DNA of 45,393 bases from a virus. The DNA is taken from positions 1-45,393 of IMG/VR virus record IMGVR_UViG_3300005548_000002. One strand, 5' to 3'. The position numbers and the translations under genes are program-made. Positions 9,447 through 19,524 of the stretch are shown here, piece by piece (within the stretch, counting starts at the first letter, position 1; each line of letters begins with the position of its first letter). The notes below the pieces were generated by a model that saw nothing but the letters and a program-made list of their open reading frames with translations, was not told the origin of the DNA and made no database searches.

Positions 9447-10011
9447 GGGACCCGTCGATCACGCGGCAAATCTGCCGCCACCGGATCGGCCCTTCGATCC
9501 AGGTCGGGCCAAACTTCATCGGCAGCACGTGTCTGAGTATCGGAGGCGTGGGGTCGGTCCCGGACGCGGCACATTCGGCATAGGCATCCGCAAAGAACTC
9601 CCGCGGCGACGTCTTGTGGATATCGACGCCCGGTTCGGAGTAGTCCCAGGGGCGCCCCGGTAGGCGGATCAGTTCCAGGAACCGTGCCCTGTCTTCTTCG
9701 GTCAGCACCTGTGCATCGAAGTCATGTCCAAGCTCGTGCCAGAAAGAGAACCGATTGATGAAGTCGGGTCGGGTGATGATGATTCCGTCCGGGAGGATCG
9801 CGCAGGCGGGGGCAGCCTGATCTTCGGTCCCGTAGCCACATTCTCCGGGTGCACCATCCCGCACAGTGATCGGGTCAGGCGGCGTATCGATCTTTGCTTC
9901 GTCGGTCCACCTCTGGAAGACCCCAGATGGATCGCCTTCGATCACGGTCGCCTGCGCCGTCCCCGCCAGCAACCCGGCCAGAACGATCCCGAGTACGAGT
10001 ACGCGCTTCAT
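9421..10011 (-). CDS. Secreted zinc metalloprotease-like protein (HExxH)
   Basis: Signal peptide 'MKRVLVLGIVLAGLLAGTAQA'. 'FWHELGHDF' HExxH motif and a downstream 'EFFADAYAE'. It is on the opposite strand to all its neighbours. Confidence 0.6.
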   Translation of the reverse strand: MKRVLVLGIVLAGLLAGTAQATVIEGDPSGVFQRWTDEAKIDTPPDPITVRDGAPGECGYGTEDQAAPACAILPDGIIITRPDFINRFSFWHELGHDFDAQVLTEEDRARFLELIRLPGRPWDYSEPGVDIHKTSPREFFADAYAECAASGTDPTPPILRHVLPMKFGPTWIEGPIRWRQICRVIDGSLTSQAPRP

Positions 10012-10145
10012 CGTTGTTCACTCCCTACGGCCTGCCGTTCGATTTCGACCGCCTGACCTTCTGAACCGGGGAGACCCATGCCGACGCCTACCCCGGCAGC
10101 CACCAACAGGGCGATCACGATCCAGATCAGATACACACGCCACAC
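10008..10145 (-). CDS. Small transmembrane peptide (45 aa), candidate
   Basis: GTG start. 'VWRVYLIWIVIALLVAAGVGVG' hydrophobic segment. Its TGA overlaps the protease ATG (ATGA). Too short for the ORF track. Confidence 0.35.
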   Translation of the reverse strand: MWRVYLIWIVIALLVAAGVGVGMGLPGSEGQAVEIERQAVGSEQR

Positions 10146-10162
10146 ATGAGGAGCCTAGTCCG

Positions 10163-10573
10163 TTGACCACCGAACCACAAAGTCTTCCCGGCGTCGTATC
10201 CGGAGTCACGCAGCAGAACTTCGATGCGTTGAACGGCCGGGTGCATGGGGTCGAAACGGGAGAAGGCATCCAGGCAGGAGCGATCACCAACGAAAAACTC
10301 GCCAAGCCTCCGATAGCAGGAGCCGTGAGTGCAGAAGGCGCGGTGACGGCGGGAAGCGGATTCACCAGCGAACGCACGGCGACGGGCGTCTACAAGATCA
10401 CGCTGACCACCGAACTCGCGACCGTGGGCGTCCTGATCCCCGCCTCGCAGCTCGTCGGGGCAGAAATCTACGCGGCCAGCGGGCCGGCCAAAAAAGTCTT
10501 CGAAGTCAAGAGCTTCAGCACCGCCCTCGTCGCCAAGAACATGAACTTCAACTTCGTCATCCACCCGACCTAG
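10163..10573 (+). CDS. Tail fibre-like small protein
   Basis: TTG 10163 lies 9 nt after GAGGAG. 136 aa. Sequence upstream in the same frame looks non-coding. Confidence 0.45.
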   Translation: MTTEPQSLPGVVSGVTQQNFDALNGRVHGVETGEGIQAGAITNEKLAKPPIAGAVSAEGAVTAGSGFTSERTATGVYKITLTTELATVGVLIPASQLVGAEIYAASGPAKKVFEVKSFSTALVAKNMNFNFVIHPT

Positions 10574-10579
10574 GAAGAC

Positions 10580-11497
10580 ATGGCCAACGGAATCTCACGC
10601 GCGCGCCTTGCGATCCCCCGCGTAAATCAGAACCCTCAGCCGCCGAGGCTCGGCAATGCCCGGCCGCTTGCGAAGAAGCTGGCCGGGAACGGTGGAACCA
10701 CCGCGCCCGTGCAGGGCCACGGCATCTCGACCCAGCAGGGGGGACATACCTACGTCCCGACCGCAGCTCAGAAGCAGGCTGCGGCTTCCCAGCCCTCCGC
10801 TGCCCTGAAATATGCCGCGGGCGGGATCGCGGAGTCGAATTTCGCCGGGGTGACGGCCGGTGGCTCTACCTCGGCTGCCGCCGCGGCTACCGCCCCTGCT
10901 CCCACGCCACCTTCGAACTCACTCTTCCAGATTCCTTCATGGACCCCGGCCAGCCCGGGCGAAGCAGACCCCCGCGACTCGACCTACTGGGCGAACCTGG
11001 CGAAACTCAAATTCACCGACGAACAGGAATACCAGAAGACCCTCGGTGAAGAAGCTGCCTCCAACAGCGGCTACAACCTCGCTCTTCAACAGGCGATCCG
11101 GGGACGCGGGATACAGGAACGCGAACTCGGTGAAAACGCGATCAAGGGCAACCTCTCCGCCTCGGGCTGGCTGAACCGGAACCAGGCCGAACAGTCGACG
11201 ACCTACGCCGAAGAACGGGGTAAAGCCGCCAGCGGTCACGAAGGGGAACTGCAGGCCTTCGCAGCGGCCCGTGCGGCCCTCCAGCAGGGATTCAGCCTCG
11301 AAGCCGCGCAGGAACTCGCAGAAGCCGCAGGGCGGCGGGCGGAACTGGCCGGGGAAGAAACGGAAACCGGAGCACCCGAGGTAGCAGCATCCACCGGCGC
11401 CGGATCGCGGAGTTCCAACGCCAACAAGAAGCCGGTCGGTGCCTCCCGCTGGGCGAAGATCATCAAGGAAAACCAGCCGAAGAAGAAGGGGAAGTAG
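10580..11497 (+). CDS. Virion-associated hypothetical protein
   Basis: 305 aa, Ala/Gly/Gln-rich. Lies in the internal-protein block upstream of the giant gene. Confidence 0.5.
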   Translation: MANGISRARLAIPRVNQNPQPPRLGNARPLAKKLAGNGGTTAPVQGHGISTQQGGHTYVPTAAQKQAAASQPSAALKYAAGGIAESNFAGVTAGGSTSAAAAATAPAPTPPSNSLFQIPSWTPASPGEADPRDSTYWANLAKLKFTDEQEYQKTLGEEAASNSGYNLALQQAIRGRGIQERELGENAIKGNLSASGWLNRNQAEQSTTYAEERGKAASGHEGELQAFAAARAALQQGFSLEAAQELAEAAGRRAELAGEETETGAPEVAASTGAGSRSSNANKKPVGASRWAKIIKENQPKKKGK

Positions 11498-12763
11498 ATG
11501 GCGATCGGACTCGCGAACGCGATAGCCCTGAGGGCACCCGGCCAGAAGCCGAAACCCCCACCGAAGAAACCTGCCTTCAACCCGAGGAAAGTCCTCGAAG
11601 GGATCGGGAGCACCGAACTTCTGACCCCCGAACAGGAAACCGCCGCCGCCCGTGCGCTGACGGCCCTCGAAGTGCGCCCGGAAGTCAAGGGCTACACCCG
11701 CAACGCGAAGCTCTTCGGCAAGGAAAAGGCACGCGAAGCCAAAGGCCTGGAAACTCTCGGTCAGCGCAACGCGGGCGAAGTGTCGAGCGTCTACCGCAAC
11801 ATCGCCCAGTCCGCCGCCCAGTCCCTCGCCACCGAGAACGCCCTCTCCGGAGCGCTCTCGGGGCAGTCGGCGCAGATCGCCTCCCAGGGAGCCCAGCAGC
11901 TCGGGGCAGAATCGAAAGCCGCCGTGGAACCCCTCACCGCGCAGTTGCAGATGCGCGGGGCGGAAGGGACCGCCGGGACCGCGCAGGCCCAGCTCGCCCA
12001 GGCCGTCGCCGCCCAGTCTGCGGCCCAGGCCTCGCAGGGCACCGCCGCACGGCAGGCCGCCCTCTCGCAGGGGCAGGGCTACTCGGGACTCTTGGCCTCC
12101 GAGGCTCTCGCCACGCAGCAGCGTGGGGGAGAAGGGATCAGTTCCATCGCCCGGGATGCCGCCAACCGGGTCGGCGAATCGAACGCGAAATACAACACGA
12201 ACATCCAACTGGAACGAGGCAAGGCCGCGGAAGCCAAGGCCTCCTCCGGGGAAAAATTCGCCAAGAACCTCCTGGCGATCCGAGGCGAACAGCAGAAGTA
12301 CAGGCTCGGCCAGCAGGCGGTCGCGGGCGAAAAGGCGAAGCTCGGCCTCTCGGCGGCGGAACTCGAAGCCGAAAGAGAACAGAACGCCATCGCCAACAAG
12401 ATCGCTCAGCAGAAAGCGAATGCCTCGACCACCTCGGCAGAAGCCTCGCGGGAATCGGCAGCGGCCTCCGCTCGCAACGCCGCGACGGCGGCCTGGAAAG
12501 CCCGTCACCCGGAAGCCACCCGCAAAGAAGAAAAGAAAGCCGAACAGTACATCGGCGAAGTCAAGGCCTACCTGCCTTCCGCCGTCTCGACCTACGGGCC
12601 GCCGAAAAACAAGAAGCAGCTCAATCAGTTCATCGGTGCGGTCAACAAAGAGGTCTCGGCTCCTCCGCAGATCGTGCGCTCGGTGCTCGAGCGCTGGTTC
12701 GCCAAGCGCTCCAAACGCGAAACCGTCGAAAAGGCCGGCAAAGCGGTAACGCCGTTCCCCTAG
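11498..12763 (+). CDS. Putative internal virion protein (Ala/Gln-rich)
   Basis: 421 aa, low-complexity and helical-looking. The start abuts the upstream stop. Confidence 0.5.
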   Translation: MAIGLANAIALRAPGQKPKPPPKKPAFNPRKVLEGIGSTELLTPEQETAAARALTALEVRPEVKGYTRNAKLFGKEKAREAKGLETLGQRNAGEVSSVYRNIAQSAAQSLATENALSGALSGQSAQIASQGAQQLGAESKAAVEPLTAQLQMRGAEGTAGTAQAQLAQAVAAQSAAQASQGTAARQAALSQGQGYSGLLASEALATQQRGGEGISSIARDAANRVGESNAKYNTNIQLERGKAAEAKASSGEKFAKNLLAIRGEQQKYRLGQQAVAGEKAKLGLSAAELEAEREQNAIANKIAQQKANASTTSAEASRESAAASARNAATAAWKARHPEATRKEEKKAEQYIGEVKAYLPSAVSTYGPPKNKKQLNQFIGAVNKEVSAPPQIVRSVLERWFAKRSKRETVEKAGKAVTPFP

Positions 12764-12766
12764 GTC

Positions 12767-15700
12767 ATGGCAGGATCTCTCGGCAAAACGCGCGGGGCCA
12801 ATTCCTACGGCCCGAAGAAGAAGACGGTCGCGGAAAAGCTCGCTCCGGGCCCGGCTGCCACCAAGGCCGCCGCGACCACTCCTCCTCCGAGTCATAGCGG
12901 CGGGACCAGCGGCGATCTGACCATCCCCGGCTACACGCCGGAAACGCCGACCGGTGCCCCGTACAGCCCGACCGAACCGGGTCACAGCGCAGAAGACTTC
13001 GCCACCGCCTTCGCGGCGAAGGAACGGCACGAAGCGAAGGTGCGGAGAGCCGAAGAACGCCAACGCCGCATCGTCGACCGCTACGTCACCAGGGCCTATT
13101 CCCCCAAGCAGCCGAAGTCCCGAACCTTCTCGCTCGGGTCGACCTCCAACCGGGTCAAGAAGGCCAAAAGCAACGTCAGCGCGACGAGGGAAAAACTTCT
13201 CAGTCATCCGGCGGTCCAGAAGGCCAACGAAGAAGGCAAGGTGGTCGGAGCCAAGGGGCTCACCCAGATCCGCCGTGAGTCCAAGGCACTGGGCCCATCG
13301 GGGCCGCTGACGCACGCGAGGGCCGAACAACCCGGTGAAGCGAACAAGCTCGCGAAGAAATACCCCGGCCTCACGAAGCTCGAAGAAGCCAAGACGGTCA
13401 AACAGGAGGAAGGCGGTCTCGGCCCGGGAGACATCGGAGGCGCCATCTCCTCCGTGGCATCAGGGGCGAAGAACCTCTACGAAGGGATCAGGGAGCGCGA
13501 AAACCCGAATCCCGTCGCGAAGGCCGTGGGCCACGAAGTCGAGAACATCGCCGAACTGGCCAAGAAGCGCCTACCCGGGAACGCCGTCCCCGAATTGGCC
13601 CACGCGCCGACCACGCAGGAACTCGAAGTCGCCTCCAACCTCGCCATCCCTTCGACCGGGGGCGCCGCCGCGAGAGTGGCCGAGGAGGCCGGTCCGGCGC
13701 TCGCCGTCAAAGCCCTACGTGTCCTCGATGCCGCCAAAGCGGCCCCCGACGCGGCCCGTACGCTCCCGGATGTCCTGCGGAGCGCCCCTGCGGTCGCGCG
13801 GCAGGCGGTAAAAGAGGCGCCCGCAGCCGCCAGGCAGGCCGTCAAAGAGGCTCCTGCCGTGGCGAGGACCGCAGCGAGAGCGGCGCCGGGGGTTGCGGGG
13901 CGTCAGGCGGCGAAAGGAGCCGAGGGCGGCTTCTATTCGATCGGCGGTCTGGCGGCCCTGGGGGCACTCCACAAAGGCGGCCTGAACGTCCCCGGCGGCG
14001 CGATCCTCGAAGGACAGGCCAAGGCCATCGGTAAAGACCCGCTGAAAGTCCTCTCTTCGACCGCGAATCTCGCCCCCGGCTTCCTGACGGGTGCCTTCCA
14101 GCTACCCGTCGCCGCCGGCGCCTCGGTGATCCAGGGCAGTCCCGCCCCACTGGAAGGTGCGCTGAAGGAACAGGGCAACTTCTTCAAGCACTTCGCCGAA
14201 ACCTACGGGTCGAGCGACGCGTCCAAAATCGAAAAGGCCACCCTCGAAGAAGGCCTGCTGCCCGAGGTCCTGGCCGCCCCGCTCTTCGCCAAGGGTGTTC
14301 AGCATCTAGGCGGGGGTGCCCTGAAGGGCAAGGTCGCGGACGTGCTCGACTCTCGCCGTGCCCCCTTGACCGATGCGAGCGGGAACGTCCTCACCCATGA
14401 GCACGGAGGCCCCGTCAAGAAGGGCCGTCTGCGCACGGGGGAGGAAACCAAACTCACCCGCACCGCCGAACAGGCCAACCACCGCCGCGAAGAGGCCTTC
14501 CACGCCGCGACCACCAACGACCTGACCGAACTTGACTACGCGAAACGCCGGGCCGAAGTCGACAAGTACGCCCGCAAGGCAGCCGGGGAAAAGGTCCCGG
14601 TCCGCAAGGGTCTCGGCCCGAAGGGCAAGGACACGCTCTACGCCCGCTCGCCCGACTTCATCCCGTTCCTCGTGCGGGCAGGGATCGACCTGACGAAGCC
14701 CGAGGCCGCAGCGAAGGAGATCGCCCACTACGCCGAGCTCTACAAGGGCGCGAAGCTCCCCCACGAGCTGGGCGCCTCTCCCGAGACCCTGACGGCCCGC
14801 GACGCGATCGACTACTTCCAGGCCTTCCCGGCGAAGCTGAAGGACAAGAACCTCGCCAAGGCCGTCGAGGCATATCGGGCGATGGCCACCGGGGAGAAAG
14901 GCCTGCGAGCGCTCTCGACCTCGGAGCGCAACCGCTACCTCGCCTATGCCACCGCCCACGACCTCCCGCTGCCCGAGGAGCGCGTGCCTCTCGGCGCCCG
15001 AGGCCACACCGACGCCACCACCCGCGCAGGGGCGTGGGAGGACCTGAAAGGACGCGAGAAGGAAGTCAAGAAACTCCGCAAGGAGGCCGCGACGAAACGG
15101 GAGCAGGCGAAAGTGGCTGCCCCGTCACGGGCAGCGAAACTCCGTCGCGAAGCCAAGGACTCCTACGCCAAGGCCAAGACGATCGAGAAAGGCCGCCAGG
15201 AACTTCTCGACGAGTTGAAGCACTACACCCGTCCGTGGGCCAAGGCGAACCCGAACGCGAAGCGCATCCCCTACGACGCGGCACTGGAGAAAGAGTTCGC
15301 CGAAGAGGCACGCAAAGGGCTGACCGAACGGGGCCTGAACCCCGAGCCCGGCTACGTCCCCGACTCCACGGCGGTGATGAAGGCCGCACCGGATCAGTCC
15401 GCCACCGGAGGGAAGAAGCCCCTCGAAGGCGCGCCGAAGATCAACGAGGGCTACGTCTGGAAAAACGGCATCTCGCGTCAGGGCTACGAACACCTGATGA
15501 ACGAGGGCATCTTGCGGCCCGTCTCGCGCGCCTACCAGTGGGAGGACTGGCGTCGGTTCCGCAAAGAACGCGGCATCGCCTACGGGGGCGTCTACCAGCA
15601 CACCGGGGCAGAGTGGCAGAAAGCCTTCGACCAAGGGCTGCTGAACCCCAGAGACGTGGCCTTGGTCCCCAAACAGGTGGTCAACCGTCTGGAGAAGAAC

Positions 15701-18700
15701 GTCAAAGGCGGCGACCCGACCGAGTACGAGCAGGCCCTCGCCGAGGCGATGGCGGCACGCAAGGTGAGCCCCAAGGACGTGCAGTCGGGGACGGTCTATG
15801 AGGCCTACCCGAAGGCCGCCTACGACGAGAAGGTCGCCCAGTCCCAGAAATCCCCGATCTCGCCGATCCTTCGCAAGGCGAACTCCCTGACCTCCCGGAC
15901 GATGCTCTCGACCCCGTCCTTCGTCGGTGCGCAGCTCGTGGCGGAAACCGCGCAGGCCATAGCCGATGTGAACCCGGCCCGCATGATGCAAGGCCTCCGG
16001 GCCTACAGCCGTCTGACCCCCGAGCAAAAGCTTCGGATCAGCGGCGTCTCCGGGGAGACCGCCAAGGCGATCTTCTCCCCCGAAGACCTGAAGACGACTC
16101 TCGGCTCCTATGAGTCCAAGCCCTTCAAGGACTCGCTCAGCTTCTTCCGCCGCAACGTCTTCGCCCGCTCGGCGAAAGACATCGTGACGATGAAATGGGC
16201 CGGCGAGGTCAACCGGGCGACCGGCTCATTCACCCGCAGGGCGGTGCTGACCGGCCAGGTGATGCGGGATGTGAACGGTCTCTGGTCGAAAGGACGCAAG
16301 CTCCTAGGCGTGCAGACCGAGATCCAGAAGAAACTGGACGAGGCAACCAAGGGGTTGCACGGGAAGGCCCGCAAGGACGCCGCTCTCGCCTATCTGGCGG
16401 AAAACCCCGATGTCCTTACGCGCTACGGCAAGAGTCTGAACGACGCGATGGGTGGCTGGACGAACCTGACCCGGACGGGCCATGTCCCCGAGAGCTACCG
16501 GGCGGCGGTGCTGGTCTTCTACCCCTTTCTGCGGATGAGCCTCCAATGGCCGCTGAAGTACGCGATCAATCATCCGATCAAGGCCACTGCCCTCACCTAT
16601 CTCGCCGCCGAGAACAACTTCGCCCTGAAGGAAGCCCTCCACGGGGAACCGAGCTTCCTGAACTACGCCCAGATCCCCGTCTACGGAGTGGGACCGAAAG
16701 GCGAAGGGGTGATCATCAACCTCTCCCGCGTGGCCCCGGGAGGGAACGCCCTGACGGAAGCCGTCCAGGGATCGGGCTCTCCCCTTGGGGCATTGCAGCC
16801 TGTCCTTGCCGCTGGGATCACGGGAGCGACGGGGCAGGGTTCCTTCGGTGAAGTCGAAGGGGGGACCGGAGCACATCTGAAAGCCGGGCTGGCACAGATC
16901 CTCGGCCTCTCCCCCTACGTCAGGGCGGCCGACACGCTGCGTGGCGCGAAGGCATCGGGACAGAGCGAATTCGGCATCCTCGCGGGACGGGCCAACATCG
17001 CCGCCGAACCGCTTGCGGCGCTCGAGGCCAAACTGAAGGGCAGCCCCGGGAGCCAGCTCTCGCGCTCCCTGGTCAACCCTTTCCAGCCGATCCCGATCGA
17101 ACGGGCCAGGGACTCGGCGAAGCTCGGCCGCATCCTCCAGACGCTCTCGGCGAACAGCAAGGACAAGCAGAACAAGACCGAGGACAAAGCAACGGTCCTG
17201 AAGATGCGCGCCACCTCCGAAAAGGCCGAGAACGAACTGAACGCCCTCTACAAGAAATACGGCCTGACGAGTGTCGCCAAACTGGGCGAAGAACAGTACA
17301 ACTACTCGCATCCCTATCCCGGCGCAGGGGAAGGGATCTACGGGAAAAAATCCACGAGCGAATCGATCTACGGTCCTTCGTCGGGGGCGGGCTCTTCGAT
17401 CTACGGCGAAGAAAGCGCCCCGAAGATCCCCCACGAAACGAGCGGTGTCAGCCTGAGTCTCCCGGCGGTCCCGGGGCTCAGTTCCTTGACGGGGGCGATC
17501 GGGTCCCTCGTCGGCGGCGAAGCAGCGCAGGCCGCAGAACCGAAAGGGAAAAGACCCAAAGCGAAAGCGTCCACCCAGGCGCCGAGACCCGTACGCCTTC
17601 CTTTCCTGCCGACGGCCGAACAGCAGCGGAACGCCAAGACCGTCCTGAACATCGCGACGGCCCAGCACGCCTCGAAGAAGGAAAAGCTCGCAGCCATCGA
17701 GACGGGCCTCGTCGAGTCCTACGGCTTCAAAAACCTCCCGGTCGGCCAGAACACGACTGGCGAACCTTCGGGCGGCTGGCGTCAGGAACTCCAGACCTAC
17801 TATCCGAACCCTACGAACGTCAAGCAGGGTGCCCGCAACTTCTTCGAAGAGACCAAAACCGACCCGACGATCCCGGGCGGCGGAGGGGAAACGTCAGGCG
17901 AACTCGCGCAGACCGTCCAAGGTTCGGCCTACCCGGAACGCTACGCCGAACACAAGGCCGAAGCAGCCAAGATCCTCAAGGCCTACGAAACCGGCAAAGG
18001 CATAACCGCCGATCTCAGCAAAGGGAAAGGCAACAAGGTCTACGTCCGGGCCGACGCCAAGGGGATGGTCCAGTGGGCGAAGAACGCCGAAGGGACGCAG
18101 GAGGGCAGCTCCAAACAGTTGAGGTGGGCGGCCAACGAGGGCCTAGGTTCATCTCAGCCCTGGTGCGCGAACTTTGTTTCCAACGGCCTCACCCGACGCG
18201 GCGTACCACTGCCCCCCAATCCGAACTACGTTCCCTCCTACGAATCAGAATGGACCGGCGGGAAGAACATCGGGACGAACCTGGCCAAGGCCAAGCCCGG
18301 TGACCTCGTCGCCTTCTCCGGGGAACACATCGGCCTCTACATCGGCAACGGGGAAATGATCTCGGGCAATTACGGCAATCAGGTCGCCCGATCCTCCGTC
18401 GCCGAAGAGGGAAATGCGCTCACCGCGATCCTGCGCCCGAAGTACAAGGGCGGCAAGGTCGCAGTCGCGGCCGGTAGCCCGCTGCCGGGGAGTGCCTTCT
18501 CGGTTGGTGGTGAAGGTGGGGTTCCCGTCCCTGCCGCCATCGCAGTCTCGACCGGCAGTAACACGACCTCCCCCGTCGAACGCGGCAAGCAGAAGACCCA
18601 GAAGACCACGCGCGAACAGTCGCCGCTCAAACGACTCTCGGAAGTCGAACGCATCTTCGCCGGGCAGACGCCCAAGGCGGGAGTCATCCCCGGTTTCGAA

Positions 18701-18787
18701 AGGACCGCACAGCCCCCCACGATGCCCGACTTGGCCGCGATCGGCGAAGCGGTCGAAAAGTCACGCCGGAAACTTCTCGCGGCATAA
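12767..18787 (+). CDS. Giant internal virion/ejection protein with C-terminal CHAP/NlpC-P60-type peptidase domain
   Basis: 2006 aa. 'QPWCANFVS' (Cys codon 18164..18166) and 'GEHIGLYIG' (His codon about 18326). An upstream 'VQGSAYPERY' block at about 17915..17945. Confidence 0.65.
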   Translation: MAGSLGKTRGANSYGPKKKTVAEKLAPGPAATKAAATTPPPSHSGGTSGDLTIPGYTPETPTGAPYSPTEPGHSAEDFATAFAAKERHEAKVRRAEERQRRIVDRYVTRAYSPKQPKSRTFSLGSTSNRVKKAKSNVSATREKLLSHPAVQKANEEGKVVGAKGLTQIRRESKALGPSGPLTHARAEQPGEANKLAKKYPGLTKLEEAKTVKQEEGGLGPGDIGGAISSVASGAKNLYEGIRERENPNPVAKAVGHEVENIAELAKKRLPGNAVPELAHAPTTQELEVASNLAIPSTGGAAARVAEEAGPALAVKALRVLDAAKAAPDAARTLPDVLRSAPAVARQAVKEAPAAARQAVKEAPAVARTAARAAPGVAGRQAAKGAEGGFYSIGGLAALGALHKGGLNVPGGAILEGQAKAIGKDPLKVLSSTANLAPGFLTGAFQLPVAAGASVIQGSPAPLEGALKEQGNFFKHFAETYGSSDASKIEKATLEEGLLPEVLAAPLFAKGVQHLGGGALKGKVADVLDSRRAPLTDASGNVLTHEHGGPVKKGRLRTGEETKLTRTAEQANHRREEAFHAATTNDLTELDYAKRRAEVDKYARKAAGEKVPVRKGLGPKGKDTLYARSPDFIPFLVRAGIDLTKPEAAAKEIAHYAELYKGAKLPHELGASPETLTARDAIDYFQAFPAKLKDKNLAKAVEAYRAMATGEKGLRALSTSERNRYLAYATAHDLPLPEERVPLGARGHTDATTRAGAWEDLKGREKEVKKLRKEAATKREQAKVAAPSRAAKLRREAKDSYAKAKTIEKGRQELLDELKHYTRPWAKANPNAKRIPYDAALEKEFAEEARKGLTERGLNPEPGYVPDSTAVMKAAPDQSATGGKKPLEGAPKINEGYVWKNGISRQGYEHLMNEGILRPVSRAYQWEDWRRFRKERGIAYGGVYQHTGAEWQKAFDQGLLNPRDVALVPKQVVNRLEKNVKGGDPTEYEQALAEAMAARKVSPKDVQSGTVYEAYPKAAYDEKVAQSQKSPISPILRKANSLTSRTMLSTPSFVGAQLVAETAQAIADVNPARMMQGLRAYSRLTPEQKLRISGVSGETAKAIFSPEDLKTTLGSYESKPFKDSLSFFRRNVFARSAKDIVTMKWAGEVNRATGSFTRRAVLTGQVMRDVNGLWSKGRKLLGVQTEIQKKLDEATKGLHGKARKDAALAYLAENPDVLTRYGKSLNDAMGGWTNLTRTGHVPESYRAAVLVFYPFLRMSLQWPLKYAINHPIKATALTYLAAENNFALKEALHGEPSFLNYAQIPVYGVGPKGEGVIINLSRVAPGGNALTEAVQGSGSPLGALQPVLAAGITGATGQGSFGEVEGGTGAHLKAGLAQILGLSPYVRAADTLRGAKASGQSEFGILAGRANIAAEPLAALEAKLKGSPGSQLSRSLVNPFQPIPIERARDSAKLGRILQTLSANSKDKQNKTEDKATVLKMRATSEKAENELNALYKKYGLTSVAKLGEEQYNYSHPYPGAGEGIYGKKSTSESIYGPSSGAGSSIYGEESAPKIPHETSGVSLSLPAVPGLSSLTGAIGSLVGGEAAQAAEPKGKRPKAKASTQAPRPVRLPFLPTAEQQRNAKTVLNIATAQHASKKEKLAAIETGLVESYGFKNLPVGQNTTGEPSGGWRQELQTYYPNPTNVKQGARNFFEETKTDPTIPGGGGETSGELAQTVQGSAYPERYAEHKAEAAKILKAYETGKGITADLSKGKGNKVYVRADAKGMVQWAKNAEGTQEGSSKQLRWAANEGLGSSQPWCANFVSNGLTRRGVPLPPNPNYVPSYESEWTGGKNIGTNLAKAKPGDLVAFSGEHIGLYIGNGEMISGNYGNQVARSSVAEEGNALTAILRPKYKGGKVAVAAGSPLPGSAFSVGGEGGVPVPAAIAVSTGSNTTSPVERGKQKTQKTTREQSPLKRLSEVERIFAGQTPKAGVIPGFERTAQPPTMPDLAAIGEAVEKSRRKLLAA

Positions 18788-18901
18788 ACCAACGAGCGGG
18801 GCGACGCCGACCTTGGCGGATGACGCCGCCCCTCAGACACGAAGGGAAACGGCCTCCGTGCCCGACACGAACCTAAGAGCGAATCCGAGCGAGGTCAACA
18901 A

Positions 18902-19207
18902 ATGGAGGTAGGCGCCATCGAGATCCGCCTTCGGAACCACGAAACGCGCCTCGACGCAAACCACGACTCCATAGCGAAGATCCGTGATGTCGCCGCCAAC
19001 CACGAGACGCGGATCTCCGTCATCACGACCGAGCTTCGAGAAACTCGCGAGGACATCGCCGACATGCGGCGCGAGCTCGGCGACGCACGGAACGAGCAGA
19101 GAGCAGAAATGACCTGGGTACGCAGGGGCCTCTGGGCCGCGGCCGCCACCTTCACGATCTTCGTCGTCGCCCTGGCGACCCTGATCGCCCAACTCTCCGG
19201 AGGCTGA
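18902..19207 (+). CDS. XhlA-like lysis-associated membrane protein
   Basis: Coiled-coil N-terminus with a repeated 'NHETR' motif, and a C-terminal TM segment 'GLWAAAATFTIFVVALATLIAQL'. Confidence 0.4.
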   Translation: MEVGAIEIRLRNHETRLDANHDSIAKIRDVAANHETRISVITTELRETREDIADMRRELGDARNEQRAEMTWVRRGLWAAAATFTIFVVALATLIAQLSGG

Positions 19208-19209
19208 CA

Positions 19210-19524
19210 TTGGACAGGGTCTCGATCGGCCCCGTAAAGGGCCTCCGCATAGCCGTCGCCGCCTTCGTCCTCAGCATCGTCCTGACGCTGGCGGTCGTCG
19301 CCATCGGTGGTTACCTGCTGAGCCACAAGACCAACGAAGGCTCCGAAACCCACGAAGCCGTCTGCGCCCTCGTCTCCGATCTCGAAGAACGCACCAAAGG
19401 GACGCAGGACTTCCTGGCCGCCCACCCTCACGGCGTCCCTGGCCTCGCCTCCGGCTCCCAACTCCGGGAATCGCTGCATAACCAGGAACGCACGCTCGAC
19501 GCGCTGAACGTCATCACCTGCTGA
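19210..19524 (+). CDS. Membrane protein (N-terminal TM), lysis cassette
   Basis: TTG start. TM segment 'IAVAAFVLSIVLTLAVVAIGGYLL'. Confidence 0.45.
   Translation: MDRVSIGPVKGLRIAVAAFVLSIVLTLAVVAIGGYLLSHKTNEGSETHEAVCALVSDLEERTKGTQDFLAAHPHGVPGLASGSQLRESLHNQERTLDALNVITC

Noticed and set aside
10937-13330. 797-aa ORF on the minus strand
   Set aside because: It is antisense to three well-supported plus-strand genes. The translation is Arg/Gly/Pro-rich nonsense typical of shadow ORFs in high-GC DNA.
13784-13870. 33-nt tandem repeat (about 2.6 copies)
   Set aside because: It is in frame within the giant gene and encodes 'APAVARQAVKE' repeats. It is a low-complexity coding repeat, not a separate element.
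16304-17668. 454-aa minus-strand ORF inside the giant gene
   Set aside because: It is a shadow ORF of the 2006-aa gene. It has no RBS or recognisable motifs.
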